Below, piece by piece: positions 53,967-59,375 of a DNA stretch of 64,000 nt. Position numbers and translations under genes: made by a program. The notes under the pieces were generated by a model. That model was not told where the DNA came from, did not search any database, and saw only the letters and a program-made list of their open reading frames with translations. Location: assembly GCA_963822945.1 (NCBI GenBank), contig CAWGJO010000036.1:60897-124896 (forward strand), in the 5' to 3' direction. This DNA is from an uncultured Gemmatimonadaceae bacterium. Its GTDB lineage: Bacteria; Gemmatimonadota; Gemmatimonadetes; Gemmatimonadales; Gemmatimonadaceae. How positions within the stretch are numbered: the first letter of the stretch is position 1; each line of letters starts with the position of its first letter.

Positions 53967-54170
53967 GCGGATGTCTCCTGGATCGGCGCGCGGGCGGGGG
54001 GCCGTGACGACGGTGCCGATGGGAGCGAGGGATGTCAAGGCGGGAGGAGATGATCCGGCCAGCGGGGAATCGGTCCCGGGACTTCAATTCACTGAGCGTA
54101 CGCTTCCCCGCGAGGTAGCGGAGAGCGTCTTGTCAGGCTGTCGATCCAGTTCCGGCACATCTGCGCACGT

Positions 54171-54254
54171 GCCCGGGTGGCGGAACTGGTAGACGCGTGT
54201 GTCTGGTAAGCACATGCTCGCAAGAGCGTGCGGGTTCGAATCCCGCTCCGGGCA
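54171..54254 (+). tRNA. Leu-type tRNA body with GGT (Thr) anticodon; no encoded CCA
   Basis: GCCCGGG-TG-GCGG AACTGGTAG ACGC-G-TGTGT CTGGTAA GCACA-TGCTCGCAAGAGCGT-GCGGG TTCGAAT CCCGC-TCCGGGC-A. Confidence 0.9.
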
Positions 54255-54270
54255 CGGCCTCACCAATCTG

Positions 54271-54300
54271 TTGACTCGGCGAGGCTGGCCGGCTATCAAT
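54271..54300 (+). promoter_or_regulatory. Sigma70-like promoter TTGACT-N17-TATCAA(T) for anti-tRNA 2
   Basis: Same position as in the other modules; weaker -10. Confidence 0.6.
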
Positions 54301-54304
54301 CAGA

Positions 54305-54370
54305 TGCTTGCCAGACACACCAGTTCCGCCAAACCGCCCGCAGCCTTCCTGGCCGCGGGCGGTTTCTCTT
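54305..54370 (+). ncRNA. Predicted anti-tRNA small RNA, module 2 (targets anticodon arm and D-arm)
   Basis: 54305-54320 pairs with 54197-54212 (16 nt, one G.U); 54319-54330 pairs with 54179-54190; terminator stem 54331-54341 / 54355-54365. Confidence 0.75.
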
Positions 54371-54417
54371 CGACGCCCACCTTGCCGCTCGGGCGACCGG
54401 CATCCATAATCGGGGCC

Positions 54418-55998
54418 ATGAATTCCAACATTCGCCACTGGATGCGCCTGCCCTCGGCTTCGCTTGCGATGCTGTTGCTGGCGGCGATGCCGTTGGCCGC
54501 GCAGGGGCGCGGTCGCGGCGGCCCGGGCCCGCAAGGGCACCCCTACGATTCGAGCACCACCGACGCACCGCCGGTGGTCACCCATCATACCATTCAGGTG
54601 GGCGGCAAGACCTACGCCTACACGGCCACGGCGGGACGACTGCCGGTGCCCGATGCGACGGGCAAGACCGAGGCCCACATCTTCTTCGTGGCGTACACGC
54701 TGGACGGGCAGAAGGACGCGAGCCAGCGTCCGCTGTCGTTCATCTACAATGGCGGGCCGGGCGAGCCGGCCATCTGGGTGCACGTGGGCGGGTTCGGTCC
54801 CAAGCGCATCGTACTGCAGAGCAACGGCGCGCTGCCCCCGCCGCCCTACAAGATGGTGGACAACCAGGAGACCTGGCTGCCGTTCACCGACATGGTGTTC
54901 ATCGACCCCGACGGCACCGGCTACAGCCGCGCCGTGTCGGAGAAGGCGCTCTCCGCAACCTCTGGGGTGGCGGGCGACCTGCAGTCGCTGGGCGAGTTCA
55001 TCCGCCTGTACCTCACCAAGTACGATCGGTACAGCTCGCCGCTCTATCTGGCGGGCGAGAGCTACGGCACGTTCCGGTCGGCGGGGCTGGCGGGATACCT
55101 GGCGCAGCGCGGCATCGCGCTGAACGGCGTGATGCTGCTGTCGAGCGTGCTCGACATGCAGACGCTCAGCGAGTCCACCGACAACGACCTGCCGAACGTG
55201 CTGTTCCTGCCCACGTACACGGCCACCGCCTGGTACCACAAAAAGCTGCCGCCCGACCTGCAGAAGCTCTCGCTCAAGGAGGCGGTGGCGCAGTCGGAGC
55301 ACTGGGCGACCACGGAGTACATGCACGACCTCTATGAGGGTGACGCGCTGCAGGGCGCCGAGCGGCAGCAGGCCGTTGCCCAGATGGCGCGCTATACCGG
55401 CCTGCCGGCCAAGCTGATCGACGACTACAACCTGCGCGTCAGCTCGTCGCTGTTCGACGCGACGCTGCTGCAGGGGCAGAAGGAATCCGTCGGGCGGCTG
55501 GACGGCCGCATGGTGAGCTTCAACCGCACGCCCGGCACGCAGCGCAACGACTTCGACCCCAGTTGGGTGCAGCGCCCGGTGTACACGCAGATGTTCACGC
55601 AGTACGTGCGCGACGACCTGGGCTACAAGACCGACGACGTGTACGGGGGCGGCATCGCGGGGTGGAACTTCGACGGCTACGGCAACAACATGAGCCAGTT
55701 GCTGGAGAGCGCCTTCGCCAAGAACCCGTACATGAAGCTGCTGCTGGCCACGGGCTACTACGACTTCGCCTGTCCGTTCTTCGAGGCGGAATACAGCATG
55801 CACCATCTCTTCCTGCCGCCGGATCTCCAGAAGAACATCACGGTGACGCATTACGAGGTGGGGCACATGATCTACCAGGACGACATCGCGCGCAAAGCGC
55901 TGGAGAGCGACGTGCGGACTTCATCGCCAACTCCGATCACGCGAAGGCGATGGATCTCGAGCCGAGATAGAGGAGCCGGGCGAGCCGCTGCTGAATAA
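54418..55998 (+). CDS. Peptidase S10 (paralog of 17005..18558); possible frameshift near 55915 with true stop at 55970
   Basis: YNGGPG, GESYG, GYYDFACP and GHMIY motifs. Confidence 0.92.
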   Translation: MNSNIRHWMRLPSASLAMLLLAAMPLAAQGRGRGGPGPQGHPYDSSTTDAPPVVTHHTIQVGGKTYAYTATAGRLPVPDATGKTEAHIFFVAYTLDGQKDASQRPLSFIYNGGPGEPAIWVHVGGFGPKRIVLQSNGALPPPPYKMVDNQETWLPFTDMVFIDPDGTGYSRAVSEKALSATSGVAGDLQSLGEFIRLYLTKYDRYSSPLYLAGESYGTFRSAGLAGYLAQRGIALNGVMLLSSVLDMQTLSESTDNDLPNVLFLPTYTATAWYHKKLPPDLQKLSLKEAVAQSEHWATTEYMHDLYEGDALQGAERQQAVAQMARYTGLPAKLIDDYNLRVSSSLFDATLLQGQKESVGRLDGRMVSFNRTPGTQRNDFDPSWVQRPVYTQMFTQYVRDDLGYKTDDVYGGGIAGWNFDGYGNNMSQLLESAFAKNPYMKLLLATGYYDFACPFFEAEYSMHHLFLPPDLQKNITVTHYEVGHMIYQDDIARKALESDVRTSSPTPITRRRWISSRDRGAGRAAAE

Positions 55999-56055
55999 GA
56001 GAACGCCCGCCGCGAGAAGCGGCGGGCGTTCGTACTACGGGTGCACCTGGTAAGT
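55994..56055 (-). ncRNA. Predicted anti-tRNA small RNA, module 3
   Basis: Starts ACTTACCAGGTGCAC (56055-56041), a perfect 15-nt complement of the anticodon arm of tRNA 56107-56190; terminator stem 56001-56013 / 56019-56031. Confidence 0.78.
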
Positions 56056-56061
56056 AAATGA

Positions 56062-56090
56062 AGGATACGGCGACCAAGACGCCGAGTCAA
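56062..56090 (-). promoter_or_regulatory. Sigma70-like promoter TTGACT-N17-TATCCT for anti-tRNA 3
   Basis: Read directly; conserved spacing. Confidence 0.78.
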
Positions 56091-56106
56091 CGAATTGATG
56101 AGGCCG

Positions 56107-56190
56107 TGCCCGGAGCGGGATTCGAACCCGCACGCTCTTCCGAGCATGCACTTACCAGGTGCACGTGTCTACCAGTTCCACCATCCGGGC
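56107..56190 (-). tRNA. Leu-type tRNA body with GGT (Thr) anticodon; no encoded CCA
   Basis: GCCCGGA-TG-GTGG AACTGGTAG ACAC-G-TGCAC CTGGTAA GTGCA-TGCTCGGAAGAGCGT-GCGGG TTCGAAT CCCGC-TCCGGGC-A. Confidence 0.9.
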
Positions 56191-56316
56191 ACGTGAACGA
56201 GGATGGTGGAAGCGGCCAGAAGGCGATTCTACTCCGGCCCGAGCGCCACGCCCCGAAGTACCTCGGCGACAGCGCGCCGTGGGCTCACGGGATCATATCC
56301 CGGCCCGGAATGCTCC

Positions 56317-57435
56317 CTAGCGGCGATCGCCCGAGGTCGGACGCGCCAGCGGGCGCACGTGCTGCACCAGATCGAGCAGCACCACGCCTGGCGCTTCGTT
56401 CACCACGTAGTGCGCCGCGTGGTCGATCTCGAAAAAGGTCTTGGCCGGGGCGTGGATGCGGTCGAAATAGGCCTTCGCCTCGCTCTCGGGCGTGGTGCGA
56501 TCTTCCTTGCCCGCGAAGATGAACACCGGCGTGCGAAATACCGTATCCGCGTCGAAGTCGGTGGCGGCCATCGCCGGCAGCAGTGCCTTGACCGAAATCC
56601 CAATGCCGAGAATCGCCGACGTGTCGTCATACGCGGTGTAGTCGGGACTCAACTGCCAGGCGTCCGAACTCTGGTCCCGCGACTTGCCGTAGAGCATGCC
56701 GCCGAGCGCCACGTCCCACCGCCGCTCGATGATGATCTTGTCCATCGAGAGCGGCCGGCCGGGGTCCGGATAGGGCGCGAGCGCCTCGAGCGCCCGCACG
56801 GCCGAGTCGTTCCCCACGCGCCGGGCCTCGGCCAGCGTCTGCCGGTAGCCGACGACCTCGTTGCGCATTCCGTTGACCACCTGGCCCACGCCGATGTAGG
56901 CGTACAACCATTCGGGGCGGGCCTGCGCCACGCGGAGCCCCAGGATGCTCCCCCACGAATGACCCATCAGGAAGATCTTCTGCTTGCCGTACCGGTGCCG
57001 GAGCGAGTCCACCAGGGCTTCGGCGTCGGCCTGCATCCGATCGATGGTCAGATGCGGGTCGGGCTTGCGACCGGCGGCCGAGAAGGTCTTGCCGGCGTTG
57101 CGCTGGTCCCACTGCACCACGGTGAAGAAGTCCTCCCACGGCCGCTCGAAGGTCCAACTCTCGGGCATCATCGGAGACCCCGGCCCACCGTGGATGAACA
57201 GGAGAATCGGATTGGACGGGTTCGCTCCGCGAACGCTGATCCACTGCTTGATTCCGCCGATCTCCAGCGCCATCAGCGTGTCGATGCCGCCCGGCGGAAG
57301 CGCGAGCGCGCGCGCGATGATCGTCCGCGGGTCGTTGGGCCGCCCGGTGGCGGCCGCGGCGCGTTGGGCGCCCAGAGCGACGGGAAGGGAAAGTGCCGCA
57401 ACGAACGCGGCGACCGTCTGCCGACAACCGCGCAT
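56317..57435 (-). CDS. Alpha/beta hydrolase (proline iminopeptidase-like)
   Basis: HGGPG, WDQRNAGK, GHSWG, GKED and AAHY motifs. Confidence 0.92.
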   Translation of the reverse strand: MRGCRQTVAAFVAALSLPVALGAQRAAAATGRPNDPRTIIARALALPPGGIDTLMALEIGGIKQWISVRGANPSNPILLFIHGGPGSPMMPESWTFERPWEDFFTVVQWDQRNAGKTFSAAGRKPDPHLTIDRMQADAEALVDSLRHRYGKQKIFLMGHSWGSILGLRVAQARPEWLYAYIGVGQVVNGMRNEVVGYRQTLAEARRVGNDSAVRALEALAPYPDPGRPLSMDKIIIERRWDVALGGMLYGKSRDQSSDAWQLSPDYTAYDDTSAILGIGISVKALLPAMAATDFDADTVFRTPVFIFAGKEDRTTPESEAKAYFDRIHAPAKTFFEIDHAAHYVVNEAPGVVLLDLVQHVRPLARPTSGDRR

Positions 57436-57574
57436 GGTTACTCCCCTCGGGCGATGGGTGGGTTCAGGTCCTTAACCGCGCTCGGCGCACGCGCGGCGGC
57501 AAGGTAATGCCTGCGGACGCTCCAGTCCACGTGACGTGACCCCCGAAGGCTGATCCAGATTGGAGGCGCCGGCC

Positions 57575-57740
57575 AACCACGCGGGGCTGGGTTCGTTGGC
57601 GACGATCGCCCTGCGACGTCCGCGGAATCTGGCGATCGTAGTGCTCGACAACGCGCGCTGCGGCGAGACCGGCATGCAACCGAGCCACACCGCGGGGCCG
57701 GCGAAGCTGGTGGAGAGTGTTGCCGGAGCGGGATGGCGGA
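57575..57740 (+). pseudogene. Fragment of a TPP-dependent enzyme (ComE-like decarboxylase beta subunit)
   Basis: GLGSLATIA...PRNLAIVVLDN...GETGMQPSHT without the upstream GDG motif or N-terminus. Confidence 0.6.
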
Positions 57741-57809
57741 GAAGCTCAAGCAGCGGTTTCGGGCTGGGAATAGCGGCCGGCGTCGACCGCCACCTCGAGG
57801 ATCGGGCCC

Positions 57810-59057
57810 CTAGAACGCCTCCACGTAGGCCACCTCTCCGTGGAGCGCGCTGTCCAGCCCCTCCGTCTCCCCGGCCTCGTCCACCTTGACGGTCGTGACC
57901 CGGTCGATGACCCAGAGCATGCCATATGTGAACACGAACGCCCAGACCGACGACAGGCAGACGGCGCCGAGTTGGACGAGGAAGAAGTGCGCATTCCCGT
58001 GGATGAGGCCGTTGGTGCCCGACGGATTGATGGCGAGCGAGGCGAACACGCCGCACAGGAGAATGCCGATGAATCCGCCCACGCCGTGCACGCCCCACAC
58101 GTCGAGCGCGTCGTCCCAGCGCAGCCGGTTCTTCAGGGCCACGGCGTAGAAGCACACCACGCCGGCCACCAGCCCGATGACCACGGCCGACTTGGGTGAC
58201 ACGTAGCCCGCCGCCGGCGTGATCGTGGCCAGCCCCGCCACGGCGCCCGTGAGCAGGCCCAGGAACTTGGGCTTCCGCGTGGTCATCCAGTCCATGGCCA
58301 GCCAGGCGATGCCGGCAAAGCTGGCCGCGAGGTCGGTGTTGACGAACGCCACCGCCGTCACCGCATCGACGCGGAACTCACTGCCCGCGTTGAAGCCGTA
58401 CCAGCCGAACCAGAGCAGTCCCGTGCCCAGCGCGACCAGGGGAATGGAGTGCGGCCCCCGGTCGACCACCTTGCGGCGTCCCACGTAGAGCACCGACGCC
58501 AGCGCCGCGATGCCGGCGATGTTGTGCACCACGATGCCGCCCGCGAAATCGAGCACGCCCCAGTGCGCCATGATCCCGCCGCCCCAGACCATGTGGACGA
58601 ACGGGAAGTAGACCAGGGTGAGCCAGGCGGTGAGAAAGAGCATGTACGCGGGAAAGCGCACGCGGTTGGCGAACGCGCCCGTGATCAGCGCCGGCGTGAT
58701 GATGGCGAACATCATCTGGTAGCCGAAGAAGACGATGAGCGGAATCGTCGGGTTGGCCGGCGACGCCATGTCGAGCGACACGCCGCGGAGGAACGCCCAG
58801 TGGAAGTTGCCGATGATCCCGGCGAAGTCGGTGCCGCGGCGCATCGTACCGCTGAAGCACATGGAGAAGCCGAAGGCCCACCAGAGCACCGTGGTCCACC
58901 CCATGGACACGAAGCTCTGCATCATGATGGCGAGCACGTTCTTGCGACCCACCAATCCGCCGTAGAAGAAGGCGAGGCCGGGGGTCATGAGCATGACGAG
59001 GCTGGAGCACAACAGCATGAACCCGGTATTGCCGGTGTCGATGGCCAGGTGTTGCAT
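57810..59057 (-). CDS. amt: Ammonium transporter
   Basis: MTPGLAFFYGG, DFAGGIVVH, LWFGWYGFNAGS and DDALDVWGVHG motifs. Confidence 0.96.
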   Translation of the reverse strand: MQHLAIDTGNTGFMLLCSSLVMLMTPGLAFFYGGLVGRKNVLAIMMQSFVSMGWTTVLWWAFGFSMCFSGTMRRGTDFAGIIGNFHWAFLRGVSLDMASPANPTIPLIVFFGYQMMFAIITPALITGAFANRVRFPAYMLFLTAWLTLVYFPFVHMVWGGGIMAHWGVLDFAGGIVVHNIAGIAALASVLYVGRRKVVDRGPHSIPLVALGTGLLWFGWYGFNAGSEFRVDAVTAVAFVNTDLAASFAGIAWLAMDWMTTRKPKFLGLLTGAVAGLATITPAAGYVSPKSAVVIGLVAGVVCFYAVALKNRLRWDDALDVWGVHGVGGFIGILLCGVFASLAINPSGTNGLIHGNAHFFLVQLGAVCLSSVWAFVFTYGMLWVIDRVTTVKVDEAGETEGLDSALHGEVAYVEAF

Positions 59058-59179
59058 CAGGGGCGCTCCTGAAGGCGGGATGGTCGCGCGGAATCGCGAC
59101 TAACGTGGAGCCGGGGCCAGGGGGGCGCAATGGAGGGGCGGCGCGGCCGGCCTGATGGAGGTCCAGCCAGACTCCATGG

Positions 59180-59244
59180 CCGAAACCCAGAACGCCCGCC
59201 GCGGTAGGCGGCGGGCGTTCTGGGTTACAGCGCACTCGACAAGT
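59180..59244 (-). ncRNA. Predicted anti-tRNA small RNA, module 4
   Basis: Starts ACTTGTCGAGTGCG (59244-59231), a perfect 14-nt complement of the anticodon arm at 59338-59351; 19-bp terminator stem 59184-59202 / 59208-59226. Confidence 0.75.
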
Positions 59245-59250
59245 AAGAAG

Positions 59251-59279
59251 ACGCTATTTCGAACTCGGCGCCGAGTCAA
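59251..59279 (-). promoter_or_regulatory. Sigma70-like promoter TTGACT-N17-TAGCGT for anti-tRNA 4
   Basis: Read directly; conserved spacing. Confidence 0.75.
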
Positions 59280-59294
59280 GCGGTATGGAGGCCG

Positions 59295-59371
59295 TGCCCG
59301 GAGCGGGAATTGAACCCGCACACTCTTTCGAGCGCGCACTTGTCGAGTGCGTGTGTCGACCAGTTCCAACA
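59295..59371 (-). pseudogene. 5'-damaged Leu-type tRNA with GAC (Val) anticodon and C33
   Basis: TG-TTGG AACTGGTCG ACAC-A-CGCAC TCGACAA GTGCG-CGCTCGAAAGAGTGT-GCGGG TTCAATT CCCGC-TCCGGGC-A. The 5' acceptor strand is replaced by TAACCGC, which includes the addA stop codon. Confidence 0.82.
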
Positions 59372-59375
59372 GCGG

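Noticed and set aside
54171..56190. Ordinary tRNA-Thr(GGT) genes
   Set aside because: The long variable arm, G13.A22, A15:U48 and Leu-type D-loop do not fit class I tRNA-Thr.
49634..56190. tRNA-Sec, tRNA-Ser or allo-tRNA (8/4, 9/3 folds)
   Set aside because: They fold as standard 7/5 cloverleaves with A73 and no UCA anticodon. The extra flank pairing involves the discriminator and is treated as precursor structure.
49634..59371. tRNA copies as attL/attR sites of an integrated element
   Set aside because: No integrase is present, orientations are mixed, three copies are full length with different anticodon arms, and each has its own matching antisense.
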